From Azolla caroliniana (lineage: Eukaryota > Plantae > Polypodiophyta), in NCBI GenBank assembly GCA_043228905.1, contig JBHGNT010000014.1:6076001-6140000 (forward strand): a DNA stretch of 64,000 bases, written 5' to 3'. Below are positions 27,158-39,100 of the stretch, piece after piece. Both the position numbers and the translations under genes were made by a program. Each line of letters begins with the position of its first letter. Within the stretch, counting starts at the first letter, position 1. Below the pieces are notes generated by a model. The model worked only from the letters and a program-made list of their open reading frames with translations, had not been told where the DNA came from and searched no databases.

Positions 27158-28624
27158 TGTCGTGAAAATCCGTTACTATGTGCGGACCGCAAAGCGGAAC
27201 TGCATGGGTTCTAGACTAGAAGGATTTAGTGCAACACATACAACACAAGATAAATTTTTTTAAAGAAAGGAGACAACCATATAAGGAGTGGTCCAATATG
27301 AATATGAGAGATAATTTTTTACAAGAAAGATCGAGCAAGCCAAGCCAAGAGTTTGATATCAATCTGAGAGATAATTTGTTCCCCAAGGAAATGGGAGAGA
27401 GAAGAAGAAGAAGGAAGAGGGAAAAAAAAGTAGAGGGAAAAAAAATGTAACATAAGGTCTTTGTTGATCCTCCTTCCCAATGTTACTTTGCATGTCCACT
27501 TTTAGTTGCATGCTTCCAGTTTTAGTTGCATGCCTTTTACTTTTAGTTGCATGGCCTTGGCTTTTAGTTGCATATGACCATTCGTATAATTTGGCCAAAT
27601 GACCCAATCATCCATAAAGTTTTGCCCGTGCGCAATCCGTACGTGCGTCGCAACCAACCCGTAGAAGCGTCTGCGTGCAAAAGTCTTGACCGCGTAGTGC
27701 ACGCATCCACGCATGCGCACGCATCCGCGTGCTCGTCTGCACACACGTGTCCGTCTAAATCGTCCACGCACAAAAGTCCCGACCGCACCGTAGTGTACGC
27801 ATCCACGCATGGGCGCGTCCCGATCGCACCGTGTACGCATCCGCGTGCTCGTCCACGCAGCCGTGTATGCGTACGCCCGAAACTTGCACATGCGTGTAAA
27901 TCCGAAAACGTCCATGCGGCCATGCACACATGCGTACACCCAAAGCGCTAACATGGCCATACATACGCTAAACCCTAAACCGCGTAGTGCACGCATCCAC
28001 GCATGCGCACGCATCCGCGCGCTCGTCTGCACACACGTGTCCGTCTAAATCGTCCACGCACAAAAGTCCCGACCGCACTGTAGTGTACGCATCCATGCAT
28101 GGGCGCGTCCCGATCGCACCGTGTACGCATCCGCGTGCTCGTCCACGCAACCGTGTATGCGTACGCCCGAAACTTGCACATGCGTGTAAATCCGAAAACG
28201 TCCAGGTGCGCATACGTCCGAAAACGTCCATGTGGCCATGCACACATGCGTACACCCAAAGCGCTAACACGGCCACGCATACGCGCATATGCTCGAAGCG
28301 TGCACACCACACAGTGTAGCCAAGTCACCTTGAACATTCTATGCTCCACACATTAATACAATGAATATGTTTGGTTTCCCCTATATATATCCTGGGTTCC
28401 AATGTTATCCTATCTATGTGGGATATCTCACTATTTTGTCTTTTCTTTCTTTTTTTCCTTCAAACTTCACACTCACATAACTTGATACTTCTTTATCCGT
28501 TTCATGCATAGTAAAATATGTTATGAAGCTCATGAAAAGTCTATCTTTCCATATGAATACATTAATCTAATCTTAAATACTTATTTTTCTAGTTTACATA
28601 TCGTGTGTGAAAAACCACACGACA
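27158..28624. mobile_element. Solo LTR related to the CCGG-targeting Gypsy family
   Basis: TGTCGTG...CACGACA termini, perfect TSD CCGG (27154-27157 and 28625-28628), start similar to 8562 and 14974. Internal ~290-bp CpG-rich duplication. Confidence 0.85.
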
Positions 28625-31239
28625 CCGGTTGGTGCCGTAACATGGTTGGGCTCGGAAGTCTCCGGCTCGGGCTGTGGTCCCTGTGTCATGGTGTCTACAG
28701 CCTGCGCCCCTCCCTCCTGTTGGTCAACCGTCAAATCCTCTCGTAGTGACTCCGACGTTGGTTCCACCCGTATTGCTTTGTCTGTGGTTGCGGAAGTACG
28801 GTCGGGGTCTCTTTGTAACTCTGGCGGTTGTGGTGTGAAGGTGTCCGGTCGTGGTTCCTCCCGAGGTCCTTCCGAAGTAGCTGCCGGGGTGTGAGGAATT
28901 TCGCTTGGCATGGGTGTCGTTGAGACCTCTAGAGCTTCTTCTTGTGCATGCAGACTCTTGTGTTGCTCCGTAGAGTCGTTGTCCGGAAGGATGCTAGCCT
29001 CCGCCTTCTGCGTTTCCTCCCCTCTTTGTTGTTCGTTGTTGATGTTGTGCAGCTAGTGTAATGTCTCCTCCTGGCTGTCACCGAATTCTTCAAATAGCTG
29101 CGTTATTTCTTCGGTGTGGCGGTCAGCCAAGGCTTGGTAGTCCTGCGTAAGGTCTTCTCGGACCGTAGCAATACTATCCTCGCTCAACTTGTAAAAACCT
29201 TTCATGTCCTTTCGTTGATTCTCCCAATCTGCCTTGTAAGTGTGGTGTTCTGCCGCCTATTTCGCCCATCCGGCCCAACCTCTGTCCATGGTCACTTCGA
29301 GTTCGGCCGTAAACCGGTCACATTTAGTTTGCAGGAGGGTACGGATACGTTCCATGTTAAAGTGAGTTCAGGCTTGCAAATTCTTAATAGCCTCTTCGAG
29401 ATTTTCAATTTTGCGTTTGTTGACTGCCGTTGCTTCTTCATAATGCATTTTCATTTGTGTCCATATCGGAGACTCCTTGTCATGGAGTCCCTCTAGTCGG
29501 CCCATCTCATTGTTGAGGCGTATTTCGACATCTCTGATATTTTGGCGCTCGAGCTCGAGCTGTTCATTATACCACACCCGCCTTTTCTGTGCCGCCTCTC
29601 TTAACGCCATGATGGTTCCTTCTTTCTTGGTTCCCTCCTCATTGAGTGTGTTCATCTCGCCCTTTATCCGGTCATGCGTGGCTACTTCGGCTTCGAGCAT
29701 GTCTTGAAGTGCCATGACCACCTTCCGTCCTTTCTCTCGAATGTCCATTTCTCTTTCTAAAGACTGGCGGAGTTCTCACCAAAGGCATTTGATCTCAAAT
29801 TTGGCCAGTTGAGTAGCCTGTTTTCCCTTGGCCGTTAATGCCACTTGGGCCTTTGCCTCCTCCTGTAACGCCTTTAGCTCAGTTGCCTGGGAAGCGGGGA
29901 TGGGAGTTGGTTGCAGCGTTGCCGCACTGTTTTCGAGCTCTGTAATTCACTATTGTGCCTTTTCCAATTGTTGTTGGGTTACCTTTATGGTCTTCCATAA
30001 AATTTTGTTTTTGGTAGCCATATCTTTGGCGCCAATGATAACCGTTGCCAGCTCCCTATGCACTTCCACTAAGGTCATGTTTAGCGGAGGGAGCTCTATG
30101 TCTACGCGGCGAATGCCGGCGTTTCTCTTTCTCTACACCCTCGCCAATGCGCCATCGTCTTCACTTTCCACAGTTTGGTTCAACGCCGGTTCGGGAATCA
30201 ACTCCAATGTTGAGTCGGCCTCTGTAGTGGCGGGGTTTTCCACTCGTGGGGTTGTGTCTTTAACTAGCCCTCAACCGTCTTTCCTGTCCATCCGTCTTCA
30301 TTTGGGTCTCGGGCACCCAACGTCTTTCCTATCCATCCGTCTTCATTTGGGTCTCGGGCTCCTGGGTGCCCTCTCTTACCCGACCTACGAATTTGTCGGG
30401 TGCGCTTCGACAAAGTGAACCGGGTATTGTCGGGGTGGGGGCTGAAGCTTAGAATGGCTTCACCCCCCTCCCAAAGGGGTTACGATAGTGAGAGAGATAG
30501 AGAGAAAGACAAATTGAAAATGACACAAAATGAGAGGGGAAAAATGTATATCTCATTACATACCCCATAGGGGGTTTATATAATACATCCAATGTAATGG
30601 TTACTGACCATTATAAATAAGACCATTACACATTCTTGTACACATGCACATAATTGTGCATGTGTCTATACACATACTCATCCTCACACACTCATTTACT
30701 TTACACATACACATCAACCACATCATTACATATACCCCTATGTCTCCCCGTATATTCTTACGAGTAACACATGGCACGCCTGTGGGATAGTGCATTGCAC
30801 GGTGAACCCACTCGCCATGACAACTCTTCATGACCGGAACTCCATCAGTCGTCTCAACGGTCGGAAATCCCTCGGCCGGATCACTGCTCTATGTTCGATA
30901 ACTTTGATCGGAGCTTTGCTTGACTCGAACCTTCTCGTTCGGTCAGCACAAGTCACGATTGGATCATACACCAATCGGCTAGTTCACTGTGGCATGGGTC
31001 GTGAAATCGTATTGTGCATTTGTGTATTCTTTCTTTTATCATGTGAAGTGAGTTTTATATTTTTTACCCTTTGGTCTTTAAAATTTGCCCTCATGTTTTC
31101 TTAAAATTTTGTTTTTTATGCCCTTGAGTTTTCAAAATTTTCTCTTCTACCCTTATGTTTCTGAAATTTTCTCTTCATATCCCTCTTCTCTTCCTTCGTT
31201 TCCTTCTTATGTCTTTGTCTTTTGCTTGGCTGTCTTCGC

Positions 31240-31650
31240 GGCTATCACTCGGTCGTACTCTTGGTTGCGTATCTGGGCTGCACTCTCGACTGCATGTCTT
31301 GGCCGCGTGTCTCAACCGTCTTTTCGACCACGCGTCTCGGTCATAGTCTTGACCATGCATCTCGACCGCGCTTTTCGGCCGTACTTTCGACCACGCGTCT
31401 CGGCCGTATTCTCGGCCACGCGTCTCGGTCGTGCTCTCGACCACGCATCTCGGCCATATTTTGGTCCGCATGTTTCGGCCACGCGTCTCGACCGCGCTTC
31501 GCTTCGACCGCATGTCTCAGCCGCGCACATTTTGGCCACGTGTCTTGGTCGTGATCGTGGCTATGCGTCTTCGCCATGCTCTTGGTCGCACGTCTCTAGC
31601 GGCTTTGGCCATCTCCCCGCCTTTGTGCTGGGCCGAGTCTCTTGTGTCCC
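31240..31650. repeat. Degenerate CpG-rich tandem repeat (core CGGCCACGCGTCTCGG)
   Basis: More than 10 variants of CCACGCGTCTCG spaced at roughly 25-35 bp. Confidence 0.75.
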
Positions 31651-31729
31651 GGGCCATCTCTTTGGCTCTCATGGCTTCCATATTATCTGTGAGAAGAGGA
31701 GTTGCTTCCCATAGTGATGTGTCCACCTC

Positions 31730-31929
31730 GCCATAGCTATTCTGTGCATCACTCTCTTCTCTCTATGCTTCAGTTCCCTCTCGCTCAACTTCACTTCCAG
31801 CTCTTTCACCTTAAACCTTTTCCACATCAATTTCTCCATCCCCTTCAATGTTGTCATCAGAGTAAAGGGATGGATTGATGGCAGTGTCGTCGTCTTTGCT
31901 ACAGCCTCCATTGTCGAACCGTCTTCCAT
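31730..31929 (-). pseudogene. Possible captured, internally deleted FRIGIDA-like N-terminal fragment
   Basis: MEDGSTMEAVAKTT..FTL..KGMEKLMWKRF..ELEVK resembles the FRIGIDA-like N-terminal coiled coil (from memory). Confidence 0.35.
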
Positions 31930-32254
31930 GCCTACGTCGTTTTCAGAGTCCTCAGATTCTGCTCTGAAGATTGTCGCCATCATCTCTGGAGCTTCTCTCC
32001 TGCCACGGAAGGCAAGGGACGTGGATAGGCCGCTGCCCTCGGTCTCTGTCTCTTTCTCTCTCGGGAGCCCACAGGGTCTAAAATCAGGAAGAAGAGGAAG
32101 CGATGAATGACAGAAGGGAAACAAGAAGCAGAGCAGAGAACAACAGACTCAGATTCAGAAGAATCCCCAATCATCCACGACTTTAGCTTCGTTCAAATCA
32201 AACATCCTTCGTTTTTTCGTTCAGCCCGGGAAGGCCTCGATCCCCAATAGGCTC

Positions 32255-32430
32255 ACCTCCAGGTTGTTCCATAGCTAGATCTAGAGCTCTTGGTTGGACA
32301 AGCCCGATCTACGCGCTAAGAGCGACTAACAACATAGGGATGGTGAAGAGGTAAACGCACTCAGGGCTGATCAAGTAGTGGTACCTAGCCTCACATACTT
32401 GAGATTGATGGAGTGCAAGAAGTCCGGGAA
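32255..32430 (-). pseudogene. KCS: Captured 3-ketoacyl-CoA synthase (FIDDLEHEAD/KCS-like) N-terminal fragment
   Basis: PDFLHSINLKYVRLG/YHYLIS..VYLFTIPMLLVALSA, with frameshifts, matches the KCS motif [21 protein letters not shown]. Confidence 0.85.
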
Positions 32431-35264
32431 TAAACAGAGAAGCTTATGGTGTCGTTGGGCACGATCTCAGTGGCTACCACCAGGGCCTCTTCCTTCACCA
32501 TGGCCTGGGCCTATTTGTCTGTCGCCTTCCTTTGTTGTACAGGGATTTGGAGATGAAGAAAACAGGGGACGGAATTTGGGTGAAATGATGCTTCCGCTTC
32601 TACTCAACAGAAACTGTGTGGTTCTGAACTGAACCTACAAAAAAGTAGTTCCAAAGAGAGAAACGACGATGCATTTCTTTACAGGGAACAAGATGATGAT
32701 GACGAAAGTCCATGTGTAAGAAGAGGAGGAGCCAAGGAAGCCTTTGGAGCCTCATCATGAGCGAGATGATCTTGTGGTGAATAAGGCCATGGGCAGATGA
32801 TGGATTTGAGAGTACTAACCATGTTTGGGTCCATTGTGGGTTTGGTAATCTGAGTTTCCTAGTAGGCTTGGCTGACAATAGAGCCATAGATCTGGGGCTA
32901 TGTAGAAGCAACTATGGATGCCACCATATCCAGAGACAAGGGTACATTACTGTCGAAGAGATGGTGAGGAGGCATGACAAAATCACATGACAAGCTCGAT
33001 TTGGAACAAAGAAGAATGATAGATCACAACAAATTGAGATAGAATGACAGATCACAACAAACAGAGATAGGGGGAAGAGCAAAAAGATACTCATCCTACT
33101 AAATCTCTAGATCCTATCCCATACCAAGAACCTTCCATAACAACAAATCACCATTGACAGAGTCTAAGCCCAAAGCCACACTCTCTAACACAAACACTAA
33201 CGCACACATAGGGAGGGAGAGATAGACATTAGTGATGGAGAGGGAGAGTGAGGGAGGGAGAGAGTGACTTCTTCTCAAGGGAGGGTTGTCCGTTCAACCG
33301 TGCCAAAACTGTTTTCGGGGTGGGGGGTGAAGCTTAGAATGGCTTCACCCCCCTCCCAAGGGGGTTACGATAGTGAGAGAGCTAGAGAGAAAGACAAATT
33401 GAAAATGACACAAAATGAGAGGGGAAAAAAGTATATCTCATTACATACCCCATAGGGGGTTTATATAATACATCCAATGTAATAGTTACTTACCGTTATA
33501 AATAAGACCGTTACACATTCTTGTACACATACACATAATTGTGCATGTGTCCATACACATACTCATCCTCACACACTCATTTACTTTACACATACACATC
33601 AACCACATCATTACACATACCCCTATGCCTCCTCGTATATTCTTACGGGTAACACTGGGCATGGGTGTTGCTCGTCTTTTGGCGGTGTGGTTTCCGCTCC
33701 TAGCGGATTTTCTTTCTCCTTCCATTCCGGCGTCACGAGTTCATCTAACTTCCATTTCGCTAACCGTGGCGTGGGTATATGGTGGGCCAATTCCGGGGCA
33801 AGGAGGCCACAGGGGGGAAATAGTATTGTCAAGTACTGTTGGATGATGGGGTGAAGCTTTTTCCTGGTCTGGAACGCGTGGGGGCCCTCTCGCAACGTTG
33901 GCCCGTGATGACTCCCCAGTCCATGGCCTGACCCTCAAATGTAGCGATGACAATACCCGCTTTCTGCTTCGGCATCTCGTAGGCATTGGTATGTACGACA
34001 ATACGCACCCCACTTCCAATAAAAACTTCACCACTTCACGAAAGAATGGATTAGGTACCTCTCGTGTTCTGTATGCTTTTGCTGAGGATGAATATTCCCC
34101 GAAGTAGCGTTCGAGAATCCTTGTTGGAGGGATTTCGAAGTGACGTAGGTGGCAACCCCGTACTTAAGAAATGATTCATTTGCATTAGCCAGTTATCCAG
34201 GGAGTGTTTGTTGTTTTCTGTTGTAACACGTAGAATTCTGGTGTCTGGAAAGTCATCGTGCTCTTCTACTGCCTCCTCGTAATTGGTATTCCGGCTTAGA
34301 TAATCCACCACGGCATGCTGGGTCCTTAGCCAATATTGGATCTCAAACTCAAATTCTTGTAACAACAGCATCCACTGAGCCAATTTCCCGGTCAGTGATT
34401 GTTTAGAGACGAGGTACAACAATGCAGTGTGATCCACATGGAAGATAATGCCGAAATTTGTTGATGTTGTAGACCATTCCTAAGGCTTCACATTTGGTTG
34501 TCGAATAGTTCCATTCGGCGTCCATTAATTTGCAACTTGAATAATAGACTGGCCGATACCAGCTTGGCTCGATGAGCTGCATGAGTGCGCTTCTGATGGT
34601 TATGTCAGATGAATCTACAAACACGTGAAATGGTTTTGACTAGTCCAAAGGTTGTATGATTGGTGGTTGTGTAAGCATTACTTTTAATGCTTCATATGCC
34701 TTATCTTCTATGGCAACCCATTAGAATGTTACCCGTAAGAATATACGGGGAGGCATAAGGGTATGTGTAATGATGTGGTTGATGTGTATGTGTAAAGTAA
34801 ATGAGTATGTGTATGGACACATGCACAATTATGTGCATGTGTACAAGAATGTGTAATGGTCTTATTTATAACGGTCATGTAACCATTACAGTGGATGTAT
34901 TATATAAACCCCCTATGGGGTATGTAATGAGATATATAGTTTTTTCCCCTCTCACATTATGTCATTTTCAATTTGTCTTTCTCTCTAGCTCTCTCACTAT
35001 CGTAACCCCCTTGGGAGGGGGGTGAAGCCATTCTAGGCTTCACCCCCCACCCCAACAACACTTTTGGCACGCCCGAACGGACGAGCCTCCTTTGAGAAGA
35101 AGTCTCACTCTCCCCCTCCATCACTAATCTCTCTGTGTCACAGCCAATTTGAGATGAAAATGGTTATTTACATCTTCAACTCTCTGCATTGTGAATGTAT
35201 GTATGTCTCTCTCTATCCCTAATTCTCATCTAACTTGTTTGATTATTTACGGGTATCTACACTC

Positions 35265-35309
35265 ATGGGGAAGGAGAAGATACATATCAACATTGTTGCT
35301 TTTGGCCAT
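35265..35309 (+). pseudogene. EF1A: Captured EF-1alpha N-terminal fragment
   Basis: MGKEKIHINIVAFGH versus the canonical MGKEKxHINIVVIGH. A stop follows after one further codon. Confidence 0.75.
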
Positions 35310-35478
35310 GGCTAACTTGTATTTCTACATCTATGACAGTGGAAAGAACCAAATTTAAGTAGCGAAGCAACTACAACAACATACCACTTTCCTGTCAGCA
35401 GTGGTTTGAGAAGAGTTCCCTTCCTCGATTAGCTCTAAGCAGAGGGAAGATAGGGATGCGAACTACAGAAGTAGATTA

Positions 35479-35509
<31 letters not shown>

Positions 35510-35535
35510 CTTCTTCTTCTTCTTCTTCTTCTTCT
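35479..35535. repeat. (CTT)n microsatellite
   Basis: About 18-19 consecutive CTT units. Confidence 0.95.
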
Positions 35536-35929
35536 CCCTTGTTTCTGTTGCTGCTATGCTCCCTGTTTGTTGATGTGCTTCTCACCATCGCCATCGCCAT
35601 TCGTACCATCGGGCTGTATATCTAAACACCTCCATCACCACCATCACCACGACATCCACCAAGAATGGGCCTCCCCTGTTCTCGCAGATCCCCCAAAACC
35701 AGAGCCTACAGAGTCTATAGAGCTAGAGCCATGGCCATGGCCAACCTCGACACTCCAAATCAGCTCCTTGCTCCCCTCTCAAGCCTTGCTCTCGAAGCGC
35801 CCCACACCTTTGCTCACTTCGATTCCTTCCATGTCATCCACAAGGCACTCGTTGGAGACATTCCTTATGTTAAAGCTAAACACGTCCAGCTCATTGACAA
35901 GGACCCCAACCAAGCCATCACGTTGTTTT

Positions 35930-36117
35930 TGAGGAAAATAATAAGCAAAATAAAATAAAATAAAATAAAATATATTAATATGTAGTTCTTATGAAATCGG
36001 TTTCCTTCATGAGAAGGAAACCGTAAGCCTATTGGTGGTGGTCTTATAAAGCCACCACCAACCTTGTATTCATTTAAGGGGCATTATAATAATAATAAAA
36101 CGCTTTCTCTGTTTCCC

Positions 36118-36155
<38 letters not shown>

Positions 36156-39100
36156 TTCTTTCTATCTCTCTTTCTCTTCTTTCCGAACATGGTATCAGAG
36201 CCAAACGACCTAATAGCCTTATAGCCAATGCCTTTCTAAAAATTACAAAACACGTGCCCTATAAATTATATTCATAGTGTTCAAGATCGTCAAATAATGA
36301 ATGACAATTTTGTGTTTGTCGTGCGCTGATCCGGACAGCCCTCTGCAATAATGGCGCAATCTATGTCGTCGTCGCAACTCAACATGCGAAAATTCATGAT
36401 CGAGAAATTATCGGACACAAATTATCAAATTTGGAAGGCAAGATTAGAATTACTTTTTAAATATAATAAAGTATGGGACATAATTTCAGGATCGTCAACA
36501 AAACCTGAAAAAGGCGAAGAACTTGAAGAATATGAAGAAAAAGATTTGTGTGCAAGAATGGAAATTCTAATGCACGTAAGTGATGGCACCGGAGAAACAT
36601 TGCGAAAAATGGAGACGGCTCATGAAATGTGGAAGCACTTACAAACTATCTACGAGCCGAAAAATGATGCCCAACAAGCGCATACACTTCAAGCACTTGT
36701 TAATTACAAAATGAATGACGAACAACCGGTTGGTGAATTTCTATTAATATGGCAAAAGAAATTAGATGATGTGTTAACTTCGGGATTAGAAATCCATGAT
36801 AAATTACAAAAGATTCTCCTCCTTGGTGCTCTTCTTCCTCACTCGTGGTCCACTTTTAGAACCACCCAAAACTCTATAAATTGTCCAACGCTAATCGATC
36901 TTCTTGCAAACATTAGACAGGAGGAAACAATGCGTTCACAAAGGTCTTCAAATTCAACTCCAAGTATGGCAATGGTAGCATACAAGAACAAAAGGTTCAC
37001 CCAAAGAGGAGAAAGCTCGAAGCCGTGGATAAAGAAAGATCAAAACACTAAACAAGGAGAAATGCGGTTCAACAATACCTATTGTAAAATATGCAAACGT
37101 ACAAATCATGCAACCAAAGATTGTCGCGCAAAGTCAAATTTCAAGAGTTATCAACCATGGAAGCGTGTACAAGCCCATCTTGTTGAAGAAGAGATGGATG
37201 ATGAAAAAGTCATAGGAGATGGATATCAAAATGGCGACAAGTATGACGACGTCCTTCAAGCATTCATTGCTGAATCACTTTCCGTGACGATTCCAAACCC
37301 AAGTAATGTAAATGACATATGGTATCTCGACACTGGTGCTACTAACCACTTAACTAATAGAAAAGATTGGTTATGTAACTATAAGGATGTTGAACCTCCT
37401 ATCATTGTAAGATTTGGAAATAATGGGACTAAACAAGCTATTGGCAAGGGTGATATTACGTTTGAAGTCACAAGAGGAAGACATTTCACAATCAATGAAG
37501 TTCTCTATGTCCCGGGCATTACCAAACACTTGCTATCGGTTAGTCAAGCAACGACAAATGGTACTATCATTGAATTTCATCCTAACCATGCTATTATTAA
37601 ACATAAAGCCTCAAATGGAGAACTTATTAGAACATGTTGTAAACGAGAAGGAGGCTTATATCCCATAAAATGTATTCCTACATCTCTTATTTTAGAAGCA
37701 CATCATACTACACCAATACAATCCTCCATATCTTTAGCCAATCTTCATTCTCCTTCTTCTCTTTGGAACTTTTGTCTAGGTCATATGCATTTCAATGCTC
37801 TTAAAACACTACAATGTAATAATCTAGTCCATGGTTTGCCAAAAGAACCTTTCAAGCCCATCTCTTTGTGTGAAAGTTGTATCCTTGGGAAAATGCCCCA
37901 ACAGCCATTCCCAAAGCATAGATCTAGAGCCACTACCCCTCTTGCATTAGTACATAGTGATCTATGTGGACCTTTTCCAACCCCTTCTCTTAGTGGAGCC
38001 AAATATTTCATTAGCTTTATAGATGACTTTAGTCGATTTACAATCTTGCATTTTCTCAAGTACAAAAGTCAAGCTTATCAAGCATTCAAAGAATACAAGG
38101 CTCGAGTCGAAGTGCAAACATCATCAAAGATTAAAAGTCTTCAAACCGATGGTGGTGGTGAGTATATGTCTCATGAATTTCAAAGTTTATATCTAAATGA
38201 AGGCATACATCATAGAATATCAACACCACACACACCACAACAAAATGGTGTATCCGAAAGGAAGAATAGATCACTTCTCAATATGGCTCGAAGTATGTTA
38301 CAATTTGCTCACTTATCACCTCAATTTTGGGAGGAAGCGGTTGGCACCGCGTGCTATATTCAAAATCGAGGATTTCATAGATCCTTGGGGCTCCAAACCC
38401 CTTATGAACTATGGCATGGTCACAAACCTAACTTAAGTAACCTTCGTATTTTTGGTTGTGATGCTTATGCTTTTGTGCCAAATGTTCAAAGAAATAAGCT
38501 AGATCCAAGGGCTACAAAATCAACTTTCATCGGATATGGAGAAGCTTCAGGATACAAGGCGTACAAGCTCTACGATCCACAAAAACGAAGAATATTCTTT
38601 AGTCATAATGTGATATTCCAAGAAAATGGGCCTTCTACAAAGGTTTCTTCTTCACTCTCTTCTAATCTACCTCCCTTATTACCTACCCCTAACTACTTAC
38701 AACCATCTTCCTCAACCATCTCTAATATTGATAGCTCTCATATTGAAGGAGCCAACATTGGCTCATCCTCTACTTCCACAATTTGTGTTGCTCTTCCATC
38801 TATTCATAAGGCAAAGATCAATCCTACTCAACCAACTAATTCTTCTTCTCAACTTCCCTCATTCCAATCTCTAGATGATTCTCTTCCTCATACTCCTTTA
38901 AATATACATTGTTTAACTCCCTCTAATAATACAAATAATGTTATCTTCTCCACTCCCTCTCCTAATCCTTCATTCCAAGTGTCATCACCAACTTCTCCAC
39001 CAAACTCTCCACCTCCAAAGTATAGATCTCTAAGTAATATTTATGAACAACTTGATCAAATGGAAGCACATTTCGTGGACTTGGACCATGAAGCTTATAT

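Larger units (their letters stand above)
30425..33654 (-). mobile_element. Non-autonomous LTR element 1 carrying host gene fragments
   Basis: 345-bp LTRs 30425-30769 and 33310-33654, TSD CCGGG/CTGGG, PBS TGGCACGGTTGAACGGAC 33305-33288. No gag/pol. Confidence 0.9.
28629..34107 (-). pseudogene. Extra 3' ORF of Gypsy C with a coiled-coil region, split by the insertion at 30425-33654
   Basis: Minus-strand ORF pieces 33741-34034, 33623-33895, 29368-29748 (E/K/L/Q heptad-like) and 28594-28911, lying between pol and the 3' LTR. Confidence 0.55.

Noticed and set aside
27502-28356. Many overlapping Cys/Arg/His-rich ORFs
   Set aside because: They arise from a duplicated CpG-rich low-complexity segment inside a solo LTR.
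29368-29748. Envelope gene
   Set aside because: No signal peptide or transmembrane segment is visible. It is recorded only as an extra coiled-coil ORF.
30770-30790. tRNA gene
   Set aside because: Only ~17 nt resemble a tRNA 3' end and no cloverleaf is present. It is treated as a priming-related motif instead.
33210-33267. Purine-rich tract as the PPT of element 1 in plus orientation
   Set aside because: It lies more than 40 bp from the LTR. The TATA orientation, the [C/G]TTT-PBS shared with Gypsy C and the cargo orientation indicate the element is on the minus strand, where this tract is a CT-rich leader.
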